A stretch of 61,465 nt of DNA from an uncultured Aquificaceae bacterium (GTDB lineage Bacteria > Aquificota > Aquificia > Aquificales > Aquificaceae), in assembly GCA_938048815.1 (NCBI GenBank), contig CALIUI010000083.1, positions 1 to 61,465 of the forward strand, read 5' to 3'. Below the pieces are notes generated by a model that saw only the letters and a list, made by a program, of their open reading frames with translations, did no database searches and was not told where the DNA came from. The position numbers and the translations under genes are program-made. Positions 36,366 through 45,621 of the stretch are shown here, one piece after another. Position 1 is the stretch's first letter, and every line of letters begins with the position of its first letter.

Positions 36366-37346
36366 ATGCAAGAGTGCATACCTATTGTAGAGCTTCTTAA
36401 AGAAGAAACGGGTCCAATCCTTATAGCCAGCCACGAAAACCCAGATGCTGACACCTTAGGAAGTGCCTTAGCCCTTTATCTTTTCCTTAAGAAGAAGGGG
36501 AAAAAGGTATTTGTTGGTTGCAAAGACAGCGTGCCTCACTTTTTGGACTTTTTGCCGGAATCTCAAGAGGTGATAAAATTGCCAATTGAGGAGGTTTTTG
36601 GCCTTGCCCTTGTAGTAGATGCAAGCGGCTTTTCTCGGGTGAATGCCCCAATAAGAGCCTTTAAAAGGGCAAGGATAGACCACCATATAGGTGGGGAATT
36701 TTACGGAGAGTACGATTACATAGACCCAGAGGCACCTTCTACTACCGCCCTTGTATACAAGCTTTTGTGCGCTTGGGACAGGTCTGCTATTGATGAAGAT
36801 ATAGCGGAAAACCTGTATGCAGGCCTTGCAACAGATACGGGCTTTTTCAAGTATTCCAATACAACCGCAGAGACCTTTGAATTGGCTAAGGAGCTTGTAG
36901 AGTTGGGTGCAAAGCCACACTGGACCTATATAAACTTTGCGGAAAGAGAAAGTATAAACAAGCTAAGGCTTATATCAAAGGTCCTTGAAACTCTCTCCTT
37001 GGAAGAAGAAGGCTTGGTGGCTGGTATTACCATCTTTGACCGTTTCTTCAAAGAAACAGGTTGCCAATACGCAGACAGCGAAGGTCTTGTAAACTATCCA
37101 AGGTCTTTGGAGGGTGTGGAAGTGGCTTATGCCCTTATAGAGAAGCCGGAGGAGGGCGTATGGAAGGTATCCCTAAGGTCTAAGGGGAAAGTAGATGTGG
37201 CTAAGATAGCGGAGTCTCTGGGTGGAGGTGGTCATAAGTATGCTTCGGGTTGTAAGATAAAGGGTAGCTATGAGGATGTCAAGAAAAGGCTATTAACTGC
37301 CATAAGGGAAGGGCTAATAGAAAAGGTCGTAAGCCAAGGAGCCTAA
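36366..37346 (+). CDS. nrnA: DHH/DHHA1 nanoRNase / pAp phosphatase
   Basis: HENPDAD, DHH, TDTG, SLRS and GGGGH motifs. Confidence 0.9.
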   Translation: MQECIPIVELLKEETGPILIASHENPDADTLGSALALYLFLKKKGKKVFVGCKDSVPHFLDFLPESQEVIKLPIEEVFGLALVVDASGFSRVNAPIRAFKRARIDHHIGGEFYGEYDYIDPEAPSTTALVYKLLCAWDRSAIDEDIAENLYAGLATDTGFFKYSNTTAETFELAKELVELGAKPHWTYINFAERESINKLRLISKVLETLSLEEEGLVAGITIFDRFFKETGCQYADSEGLVNYPRSLEGVEVAYALIEKPEEGVWKVSLRSKGKVDVAKIAESLGGGGHKYASGCKIKGSYEDVKKRLLTAIREGLIEKVVSQGA

Positions 37347-38033
37347 GTATTCCCTTAGGGCTTTGTAGCTATCGTGAAGCACACTCATGCGAGGAATAAA
37401 GCTGTAAAGGTTATACCTTTTATCCTGCTTAAAGTCTGTAGGATAGGGTGAAACCTCAAGCCCGGCCTTTTGGTAGGCTTTTACCGCCCTTGGCATATGG
37501 TAGGCGGAGGTTATAAGGACTATCCTTTTAAAGCCTCTTTTATCGCATATCTCCTTTACATAAAGGGCATTTTCGTAAGTGTTCCTACTTTTTGTATCGG
37601 TTATTATATTTCTCCTTTCAACACCGAGCTCCTCCAACAGCTGTTTCATTATCTCTGCCTCCGGAAGGCTTCCCAAGGGAGAACCACCAGAAAGAATTAT
37701 GGGAAGTCCATATTTTTTGTAAAGTATAAAGCCTGTAAGAAGCCTTTTTGTGGAGTCTTCCTTTAATATGCCCGTACTGTAAGAACCTCCGCCCAAAACC
37801 ACAAGCACATCTCCCTCAACCCTCTGGGGAACAGGATAAGCACTCTCCAAGGGCCTATAGAGCATATCCTTTACTGGCTCCACCGATAACAGGTACATAC
37901 CAAAGGCTCCCAAAAAAGCCAAAAGGCTTGCAAGCCTTCTCCTTGATAAAAAACCTATCAACAAAAAGAGAAGTATAAAAAGGGATGGAGGCAAGATTAA
38001 AAGGCTAAGAAGTTTCTTTATAAAAAGACTCAT
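37314..38033 (-). CDS. YdcF/ElyC (DUF218) family protein
   Basis: VLGGG, SGG, SRNTYENA and TSAYHMPRA motifs. Confidence 0.92.
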   Translation of the reverse strand: MSLFIKKLLSLLILPPSLFILLFLLIGFLSRRRLASLLAFLGAFGMYLLSVEPVKDMLYRPLESAYPVPQRVEGDVLVVLGGGSYSTGILKEDSTKRLLTGFILYKKYGLPIILSGGSPLGSLPEAEIMKQLLEELGVERRNIITDTKSRNTYENALYVKEICDKRGFKRIVLITSAYHMPRAVKAYQKAGLEVSPYPTDFKQDKRYNLYSFIPRMSVLHDSYKALREYLGSLAYDLFY

Positions 38034-38425
38034 CTGCCTTTTCTTACACCGATGAGCACATTTTCCACTTCTTTGCGCTTGGCTACATCCATCAAAGCCA
38101 CCACAAACTTATGGGCTACCTCCTCGTCCGCTTCTATTATTATAGTTTTTGGCTTTTCTTCTTCTATCTTTTTCTCTATCTCTTCAAGGCTTACATCCTT
38201 GCCCCCTATTTGATACCTACCATCTTTTAACAACTGCACCCTATAGACCTTAAGGGTAGTTTTTTCACCTTCCTTTGCAAAGGGAAGCTTTACTGCCAAA
38301 AAGGTTATGGGTGATTGGAAGGCAAGCACCGCAAGGAATAAAAAGACAGCCAAAAGGGTATCCACAAGGGGCACCACATCTATGTAAGCCCTTTCTTCAG
38401 AGCTTAGCCTTCTTTTTCTTCTCAT
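38030..38425 (-). CDS. exbD: ExbD/TolR family protein
   Basis: DVVPLVD TM Asp, IEAD, VVALMD. Confidence 0.88.
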   Translation of the reverse strand: MRRKRRLSSEERAYIDVVPLVDTLLAVFLFLAVLAFQSPITFLAVKLPFAKEGEKTTLKVYRVQLLKDGRYQIGGKDVSLEEIEKKIEEEKPKTIIIEADEEVAHKFVVALMDVAKRKEVENVLIGVRKGR

Positions 38426-39036
38426 CTTATCATCCTTATAATCTCAAAAAGTTCTTCCTCTATCTTGTCCAGTATGTTGTTGCCCCATATCTTAAAAAGC
38501 CAATAGGCTAATAGGGCAGGGATGGCTACCGCAAGACCTGTGGCGGCGGCAACCAAAGCCTCGCTTATTCCCTTTGAAAGCAGGGGTATTGCCCTTTCTG
38601 GGTCTGTTAGAGCAAAGGCAGAAAAGACCTTTATGAGCCCCGTTATGGTGCCAAACAAGCCTATAAGAGGTGCAACGCTTGCCACAGTAGAAAGCAAAGC
38701 CAAATTCTTTTCCAACCTTGGCACAAGCAAAGAAATTTCAAAATCAAGGACCTTTATCATCTCTTCCTTGGTAATCCTTCCCTCTTTGTGCCTCTCCAAA
38801 AGGTCCTTAAGGACAAGAGATACATGGGAATTATCCACAGAAAGGAGTTTAATAGCCCCCTCTATGTCTTCCTTTGCCAGAAAAAGCTTTAAATCCTTTA
38901 GAGCCTTGCTCTTGTATTTGGAGGTCAAAAAGCTTAAAAGCCTTTCCACTATGATAGCCCAAGAGAGTAGGGAAAGGAAAAGGAGGGGGTACATGGCAAG
39001 ACCGCCCTTTTGTAAAAGCTCTATAAAACCCTCCAT
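38422..39036 (-). CDS. exbB: MotA/TolQ/ExbB proton channel
   Basis: APLIGLFGTITG, GISEALVAAATGLAVAIP. Confidence 0.88.
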   Translation of the reverse strand: MEGFIELLQKGGLAMYPLLFLSLLSWAIIVERLLSFLTSKYKSKALKDLKLFLAKEDIEGAIKLLSVDNSHVSLVLKDLLERHKEGRITKEEMIKVLDFEISLLVPRLEKNLALLSTVASVAPLIGLFGTITGLIKVFSAFALTDPERAIPLLSKGISEALVAAATGLAVAIPALLAYWLFKIWGNNILDKIEEELFEIIRMIR

Positions 39037-39037
39037 T

Positions 39038-41572
39038 TTAGTTCACCTCACATTTTGGTAAATCTTGTTTTAGCTTATCATACAATTTTAAATCTTCTTG
39101 TGAAGCTTTGTTTGAATCAAACCTGTTTAGCATACAACTTGCATCTCTTTTGGCACCTAGCTCAATTAATATCTTTGCAGCCTCAAGGACCGCAGGGTTA
39201 TAGTAGCTCTCTCCCTTGTAGTTAAGGCTTATCTCCACAAAGCTTTCAAGGGCTCTTCTTTTATCTCCCTTCCTTAACATCTCAAGCCCTTGGATATAAA
39301 GCCCCTGACCTCTAAGGCTTTTATTGGGGCTTTTCAACAGGTATTCTAAAAGAGAAGGGTTTGTGTACTGTTTGTATAGTTCCAAAAGATACCTATCAAA
39401 CTCCTCATCCCTGTAGCTTGCTTTTATAAGTTCTTGAGCTAAGGGCAGAGCAAGGTTGGTTTCTCCTATGCTTAGGTATATACCTATGGCTTTGACTTTA
39501 TCTTGAGGGCTACCCTCTGACAAAAGGTCTGCAAGGCTTTTTCTGTCGCCTACGGAAGAGTATATGTTTATAATCTCATCTCTTGCCCTTTTTCTATCCT
39601 CCTCCAGCGTAGCCTCTTTATACACCTTGTAAAGGAGGATTAACTTCTTACCCCTATCCTCTTCAAGCTCTGCAAGCTTAAGTATTGCCTTAAATTTAAG
39701 GGGTGTATCAAGAAGTTTTATAAGCTCCCTTTCCGATTCTTTTTTATTTCCCTTTTGGGCTTTGATGAGGGCAAGTTGATAGATAGCTTCTGGAGGTGGG
39801 TTTTCTTCCTTTGCTATGTAGTTTTCAAGGGCCTTTTCCATTTCCTCATCTTTAATATCCTTAAAGTCAAGAAGTGCCAAAAGGGCTTGCCTTGCCTCTT
39901 GGCTATCGGGGAATCTTCTTAGCACCTGGTAATATAGATCTTTGGCTTTTTGCACATCTCCAAGGTTATAGTAGCTGTCTGCTTCTTTAAGAAGAGCCTT
40001 TGGCTTTAGTGGGTTGTCAAAGGGAACTCTACTGAAAAACTCCGCAGATCTTCTGTAATCGTTCTCTATAAAGTAAGAGATTCCGAGAAGATAAAACTCC
40101 TCTGGTGAACTTCCCTTTAAAAATCCCCTTGCAAGCTTTGCATCGCCCAGCATGAGGGCAGACCTTGCACTCAAAAGTCTTGCCCTTTCTTCCTCCCTTC
40201 CTCTCAAAAGCTCTATGACTTCCTTGTATTTTTTCATGTTGTATAGAGCCAAAGCTTTGTAATAGGGATCTTCAAAGAAGCTCAAAGCCCCCAACCAATC
40301 ATCTTTTCTAAACCTCTCCCAGCCCATGTACTCTTTGTAAAGCTCTGGATACTTTGGAGAAACCTCCTTTAGCACCTCGCTCATATCTTCTCCAGACCAG
40401 TAGAGGGATTCCAAAAGCCAAAGGTAGTCTTCTCTATCCTTTTCTTTTTTATCCCTAAGCAGTTTAGCGGCCCTATTGTAATCTCCCATCCTTATAGCGG
40501 AGTACACCGCATACTTTATATTTCCAGCTTCCAAAAAGTTCAAGAGGGCAAGGTTATAATCCTTTGAGTTGTAGGCTATAACTCCCGCCTTTTCCAAAAA
40601 GCCTTTGTTTTTGGTGATGGTATATACAAGCCTTGAAAGGTAAACATCCCTTTCTGATATAAAGGCATAAAGCTCTTTGGAAAGCTCTGGGTCTATACTT
40701 TCCAGTATGCTTGCATACCTCAAGGCTTGGTTTTCCCTGTTTTCCTTGTATTCTATTAGGGCAAGGTAGTATAGGGCTACTTTCCGGTAAGGACGGCCTG
40801 GCTCTGAGTATTTGGAGAAAATCTCCTTGGCTTTTTGTAGATTTCCGGAAAAGTAGCTAAGTATACCAGACCTTAAAAGGGTGCTGTCTTTATAAGAGGG
40901 ATCTTCTACTCCTTGGGTAAAGCGAGACACGTACTCGCAATACCGGATAAAGACCACACCTTCACAGGAGGGATTAGACTCCTCACCCTCCTTTATGTCC
41001 TTTACTGCTCTCCATAGGTTGTCTTGGTTTTCCGGGACAGCCCCCTTTAACATCAAGCTAAGGGCGTAGTAGGCTTCGCAGGCAGCTTGGCGGTATATGT
41101 GAGAAATTTGGCAGGAGTTTTTAAAAAATTCCAAAGCTCTATATTTCTGGTCTTCTGAATAGGCGATTATTCCCATCGCATACTCCGCCATGGGTTTAAA
41201 GGGAGAGTTGGGCACAACTACCACTTTCCCAAGCTCCTCTTTGGCAAGGTCGTATCTCCCCCTTAGGTAATAGTCTACTCCCAACCTATAGGATAGGGCA
41301 TCCTTTGGCTCTCCACAGCTTATGCCTGCCGATTTTTCCACAGGTTTTACAGGCACGAACTCCATACTCTTTGGAGCTTCAAGGAGAAGGTAAGAAAGGT
41401 TTAATTGTTTTGCTTTGGGCAAGGGCAAGCTTTCCGGTGGGCTAAGTTTGGGCTTTTCCTCTCGGATCTCCCCTATGAATTCAACCTTTACGTCAAACTC
41501 TTTGGTTATCTGTTGAGCAAAGATAAGAGTTATCAAAAAAAGAAAACTAAAGAGCCCTATGGGCTTCCACAT
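39038..41572 (-). CDS. Large exported tetratricopeptide-repeat protein
   Basis: Signal peptide, multiple TPR-like helices (e.g. KALLKEADSYYNLGD...RFPDS). Confidence 0.8.
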   Translation of the reverse strand: MWKPIGLFSFLFLITLIFAQQITKEFDVKVEFIGEIREEKPKLSPPESLPLPKAKQLNLSYLLLEAPKSMEFVPVKPVEKSAGISCGEPKDALSYRLGVDYYLRGRYDLAKEELGKVVVVPNSPFKPMAEYAMGIIAYSEDQKYRALEFFKNSCQISHIYRQAACEAYYALSLMLKGAVPENQDNLWRAVKDIKEGEESNPSCEGVVFIRYCEYVSRFTQGVEDPSYKDSTLLRSGILSYFSGNLQKAKEIFSKYSEPGRPYRKVALYYLALIEYKENRENQALRYASILESIDPELSKELYAFISERDVYLSRLVYTITKNKGFLEKAGVIAYNSKDYNLALLNFLEAGNIKYAVYSAIRMGDYNRAAKLLRDKKEKDREDYLWLLESLYWSGEDMSEVLKEVSPKYPELYKEYMGWERFRKDDWLGALSFFEDPYYKALALYNMKKYKEVIELLRGREEERARLLSARSALMLGDAKLARGFLKGSSPEEFYLLGISYFIENDYRRSAEFFSRVPFDNPLKPKALLKEADSYYNLGDVQKAKDLYYQVLRRFPDSQEARQALLALLDFKDIKDEEMEKALENYIAKEENPPPEAIYQLALIKAQKGNKKESERELIKLLDTPLKFKAILKLAELEEDRGKKLILLYKVYKEATLEEDRKRARDEIINIYSSVGDRKSLADLLSEGSPQDKVKAIGIYLSIGETNLALPLAQELIKASYRDEEFDRYLLELYKQYTNPSLLEYLLKSPNKSLRGQGLYIQGLEMLRKGDKRRALESFVEISLNYKGESYYNPAVLEAAKILIELGAKRDASCMLNRFDSNKASQEDLKLYDKLKQDLPKCEVN

Positions 41573-42182
41573 AGTAATCTCCCAAATGGCATGTTATGTT
41601 TAGCTGTATTATAACATTCCTGTCCCTTTCCATATGGATGAGGGAATAGCTGGCGTTATCGCAACCAAAAGACCAAAATTTGGAAAGGTCTATGTTAAGA
41701 AGGGCGCAATACATGACCCTCATGGGCACCGTGTGGGAAACAACCGCTATGGTTTGCCCCCAGTGCTTTTCCTTTACATAGTTTAGAAAATCTTTTACTC
41801 TTTCGTACACCTGCAAAAGACTCTCTCCACCTTCAAAGCTTACCTTGTGGGGCTCCTCAAGCCACCTTTTAAATTGCTGCGGAAACTTCTCCTGCACCTC
41901 TTGAACAAGCATACCAGACCAAAGGCCATGGTCTATCTCTATGATCCTTTTGTCGGGAATGACTTCTATGTTTTTTCCTTCTACCAAGCTTAGGGCGGTT
42001 TGCATTGTCCTTTTTAGAGGGGAGGAATAGACCGCATGGAGGGTTATGTTTTTAAAGTGCTTTCCAAGAAGCTTCGCCTGTTTTTCCCCCCTTTCCGATA
42101 GCTCTGGGTCAAGCAAGCCTTGATATCTGCCTATGGGATTCCACTGGCTTTCTGCATGCCTTACAAGGTAAAGCTTTACCAT
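41547..42182 (-). CDS. pspA: Histidine-phosphatase-family, metal-independent phosphoserine phosphatase PspA
   Basis: RHAES, IEIDHG, VSH, LNITCHL; adjacent class V aminotransferase; resembles Hydrogenobacter iPSP. Confidence 0.8.
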   Translation of the reverse strand: MVKLYLVRHAESQWNPIGRYQGLLDPELSERGEKQAKLLGKHFKNITLHAVYSSPLKRTMQTALSLVEGKNIEVIPDKRIIEIDHGLWSGMLVQEVQEKFPQQFKRWLEEPHKVSFEGGESLLQVYERVKDFLNYVKEKHWGQTIAVVSHTVPMRVMYCALLNIDLSKFWSFGCDNASYSLIHMERDRNVIIQLNITCHLGDYYVEAHRAL

Positions 42183-43300
42183 ATTCCCATCTCCATAAGA
42201 ACTTCACTGTAAGCCCTTACCCCCTCTCCCAAGCTTACCTCAAAGCCAAGCTTTTTAAGAACAACCTCCAACATACCCACAAGCATAAGACCATCCTTTG
42301 GGTCTACGCCCATGTGGGATATACGAAAGATCTTACCCTTTAGCTCATCTTGACCACCCGCCACCCTTATGCCAAGCTTTAACATCCCTTTTCTAATATC
42401 TTCCGCCCTTTCCGACTCTATAGCGCTTACAGAAAGGGAGGGGTTTTGAGCAAACCTATTTAGACCCAGGGCTTCCATAGCCCTTAGGGTTCCCTTTGAT
42501 AAAGCCCTGTGCCTTTTTTCTACCCTTTCCATACCTTCTTCAAGGAGAAGCTCCAAGGATTCCTTCATGGCAAGGATAAGGCTTATGGCGGGCGTCCAAG
42601 CGGTTTGTCCCTCCTTCTGCTTTGAAAGCTCCTTTTTTACACTAAGGTAAAAGGCTCTATCCACCAACCTTTCCTGCGCCTTTTGAGAGAACCAAAGAAC
42701 AGAAAGTCCCGGGGGAAGTAAAAAGCCCTTTTGAGAGCCACCCACTATCACATCAAGACCCCATTGGGAGGGTTTTATGTGATAAACACCAAGGGCGGTT
42801 ATGGCATCTGCAACGCATAAAAGGTCAAACTCTTTGCATACCTCACCTATCTCTTTTGCAGGATGGTAGGCACCCGTTGATGTTTCCGATATCTGAAAAA
42901 GAACACCCTTGCAGTTGGAATTTTTCTTTAAAATTTCCCTTAACCTATCTGGGTCTGCGGACCTTCCCCACTCTACCTTGTACTCAATGGGCTTTAGTTT
43001 CCAGTGTTGAGATAGCTTTAACCACCTTTCTCCAAACTTACCACCGTTTATGACAACTACCTCATCCCCCTCTTGGAAGAAGTTCAAAATACTCGCTTCC
43101 ATGGCGCCAGTGCCCGAGGAGGCAAAAAAGACAAAGTTTTCAGAATCTTCCTCCAAAAGCCTTTTAAATAGTTCTCTAACTTCCAAAAAAGACCTTCTGA
43201 ATTCCTCGGTGCGATGGTGGATTATCTGTCTTCCAAGAACTTCCCTTACCCTTTCGGGAATTTCCACAGGACCTGGTGTAAATATCCTTTCCCTTTTCAT
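42176..43300 (-). CDS. Class V aminotransferase (probable phosphoserine / serine-pyruvate aminotransferase)
   Basis: FTPGP, SGTGAMEA, ETSTG, GSQKG PLP lysine; start moved to MKRER. Confidence 0.88.
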   Translation of the reverse strand: MKRERIFTPGPVEIPERVREVLGRQIIHHRTEEFRRSFLEVRELFKRLLEEDSENFVFFASSGTGAMEASILNFFQEGDEVVVINGGKFGERWLKLSQHWKLKPIEYKVEWGRSADPDRLREILKKNSNCKGVLFQISETSTGAYHPAKEIGEVCKEFDLLCVADAITALGVYHIKPSQWGLDVIVGGSQKGFLLPPGLSVLWFSQKAQERLVDRAFYLSVKKELSKQKEGQTAWTPAISLILAMKESLELLLEEGMERVEKRHRALSKGTLRAMEALGLNRFAQNPSLSVSAIESERAEDIRKGMLKLGIRVAGGQDELKGKIFRISHMGVDPKDGLMLVGMLEVVLKKLGFEVSLGEGVRAYSEVLMEMGIW

Positions 43301-43337
43301 GTAGAATATTTTACTCTGAATGCTCGGTTTATCTTTC

Positions 43338-43446
43338 ATGGCCTTTCAAAAATAGCCCTTCTTACAGGACTACCGTCCCCTGAAGCGGGAGCTCGTGTCA
43401 ATATAAAACCTTCTTAGGAGAAAGTGTAATTAGCACCACTACCTTA
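43338..43446 (-). mobile_element. Family C 3'-end remnant
   Basis: TTTCAAAAATAGCCC...CCCCTGAAGCGGGAGCTCG...AGCACCACTACCTTA as in 47948-48045. Confidence 0.7.
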
Positions 43447-43462
43447 AACTAGCAATTTAGGT
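43447..43462. mobile_element. Solo IS982-like inverted repeat
   Basis: AACTAGCAATTTAGGT; its reverse complement matches 61327-61342 at 15/16 positions. Confidence 0.65.
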
Positions 43463-43554
43463 CAATAAAACTATAGTAATCCCCAAATCTGTTACATTAG
43501 CATATTTTATGCAGGCGAAAATGATTGCTCTGCCAAATTTTTTTCCTAATAACT

Positions 43555-43600
43555 GATCGGCTCACAAACCGCCCATATGAAGGAACTTCTCACTTGGCGT
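43555..43600. repeat. Family A degenerate end
   Basis: CGGCTCACAAACCGCCCATA...CTTCTCACTTGGCGT. Confidence 0.5.
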
Positions 43601-43649
43601 AAGCAGGAAATTATTTCTCTAACACACCCCCAGTAATATAATATAAGCC

Positions 43650-44408
43650 ATGGACCCTTTTCAGCAACTTTTGAAGATCATGCAAGAGCTCAGGGCAAAG
43701 TGCCCGTGGGACAAAGAGCAGACACATGAGAGTTTAAAAAAGTACCTAATTGAGGAGGCTTACGAGCTTTTGGATGCTATAGACTCCAAGGATAACAAAA
43801 AGCTAAAGGAGGAACTCGGAGACTTGCTTCTGCAGGTGGTTTTTCACTCTCAGATTGCAAAGGAAAGAGGAGCTTTTGATATATGGGATGTTATAGAGGA
43901 GTTAAACAAAAAGCTTATAGACAGACATCCCCACGTTTTTGGATGTGAAACTCCAGAGGAAGTTCTAAAAAGGTGGGAGGAAAGGAAGCTAAAAGACCGT
44001 GAAAGCATCCTTGATGGGGTCCCCAAAAGTCTTCCTGCCCTTCTTAGGTCTCAAAAGCTTCAAGATAGGGCAAGCCTTGTGGGCTTTGACTTTGAAAGGC
44101 CAGAACAAGCTTTGGAAAAGCTCATAGAGGAGATAGAGGAATTCAAGGAAGCTATGGCGCTTGGGGATAAAAGGGCGTTGGAGCACGAACTTGGTGATAT
44201 TCTAACTGCGGCAGTGGAGATAGGTAGGTTATGCGGGCTTGATGCGGAAATGTGTCTTCAAAGGGCAAACGACAGGTTTGAAAAAAGGTTTAGGTACGTG
44301 GAAAAAAAGGCAAAGGAGATGGGGAAAAACCTAAGGGATATGAGCCTTGAGGAGATGGATAAGTTATGGACAGAGTCTAAGGAGTTTGACTACAAAGAAG
44401 AGGGATAG
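43650..44408 (+). CDS. mazG: Nucleoside triphosphate pyrophosphohydrolase MazG
   Basis: CPWDKEQT, EEAYE, EELGDLLLQ, RHPHVF; two MazG domains. Confidence 0.95.
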   Translation: MDPFQQLLKIMQELRAKCPWDKEQTHESLKKYLIEEAYELLDAIDSKDNKKLKEELGDLLLQVVFHSQIAKERGAFDIWDVIEELNKKLIDRHPHVFGCETPEEVLKRWEERKLKDRESILDGVPKSLPALLRSQKLQDRASLVGFDFERPEQALEKLIEEIEEFKEAMALGDKRALEHELGDILTAAVEIGRLCGLDAEMCLQRANDRFEKRFRYVEKKAKEMGKNLRDMSLEEMDKLWTESKEFDYKEEG

Positions 44409-45621
44409 GCTTTTTGTTTGTTCTTTCCTCAAAGTATTTTGATCCGGGATCTCCAAGGGTGCTTGCACCCACAAATATCAAAGCAATTTCTCCAAGGACT
44501 ATATCCCTTGAGAATCTAACAAGGATCTCTTTGGCAACTTCCAAGGTTATACCTTTGCCGTCTTGTAAGGTATCTGCGGGAACTCTGTATATATCCCTTG
44601 CCCTCTCACTTCCCACCAAAAGCATCAAAGAGTTATCATATGCTATCTCCGTTTGCAGCGTAGCGCTTATGCGATTATTTAAAAGGATGCTTTCGTAATC
44701 CTTTGAAACAAAAAAGGTGGGATTGCAAAGCCCCTCTATGGACTCCAAGGGCTCATCCTCAAGTTTTTCCTTGAGTATCACTCTAAGCCCTCCCTTGCTG
44801 TAGTAGATGGTATTTCCTACCTTTTCCACGGGCTCAGCCTTTAAAAGGCCCTTTATGGAGGAAGAAAAGGGCTTTACAAGAGAGGGTATAACCTCACCGG
44901 CTACTTCTATCTTCCCCAAAAGAAGCTTCCAGTTTAGAAAGCTAAACTCCCACTCTTTGCAAGATAAACCAAGTTGGGACTCTGCAAAAAGCCTGACCTC
45001 CTTTATAAAAAGTTTTTCTTCTTTGCTTCCTGGCCTTCTGCCTTGAAAGGATACAAGGTCCCACATGGACTTTTCCTTTTTTTGTTTAAAAAGCCCATAA
45101 ATACATCCGCAGTAATCTTGGTGGTATATCTCCATAGCTTTTGAAAGCTTAAACATCTCCTGAATGCCACCAGCTTTTCGGTAATCAAGAGCCAAGAACT
45201 CTATACCTGCTGGCTTACATACTTTATCTCCGCTCTCTTTTAGCATCAAAAAGTCTTTCTTTGGACTCATCAGAAGGGTTGTGGTTAGATGAGTTGCGCC
45301 TATTTGTTTGGCAAACTCCAAACTTCTTAAAAGCCTATAATCAAAACATAGGGCACACCTTTTTCCCTTCTCTGGCTCCTCTTCGTAGCCTTTAACATGA
45401 TAAAGCCAGTTTTCTATGTCGTACTCACCCTCATGTAAGGGGATGCCAAGCTCTTCAAAAGCTCTTTTGGTCTCCACAAGCCTTAGCTTGTACTCTTCGT
45501 AAGGATGTATGTTGGGGTCGTAGAAAAAGCCCACTATTTGGGCTTGGGGGTAGTCTTCCTTTAGCCTTCTTAGAAAATATACTGCATCGGGAGCGCAGCA
45601 AACATGTACCAATATCTTCAT
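44377..45621 (-). CDS. queH: Epoxyqueuosine reductase QueH with C-terminal extension
   Basis: HVCCAPD, PNIHPYEEY, RCALC and QDYCGC motifs. Confidence 0.88.
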   Translation of the reverse strand: MKILVHVCCAPDAVYFLRRLKEDYPQAQIVGFFYDPNIHPYEEYKLRLVETKRAFEELGIPLHEGEYDIENWLYHVKGYEEEPEKGKRCALCFDYRLLRSLEFAKQIGATHLTTTLLMSPKKDFLMLKESGDKVCKPAGIEFLALDYRKAGGIQEMFKLSKAMEIYHQDYCGCIYGLFKQKKEKSMWDLVSFQGRRPGSKEEKLFIKEVRLFAESQLGLSCKEWEFSFLNWKLLLGKIEVAGEVIPSLVKPFSSSIKGLLKAEPVEKVGNTIYYSKGGLRVILKEKLEDEPLESIEGLCNPTFFVSKDYESILLNNRISATLQTEIAYDNSLMLLVGSERARDIYRVPADTLQDGKGITLEVAKEILVRFSRDIVLGEIALIFVGASTLGDPGSKYFEERTNKKPIPLLCSQTP

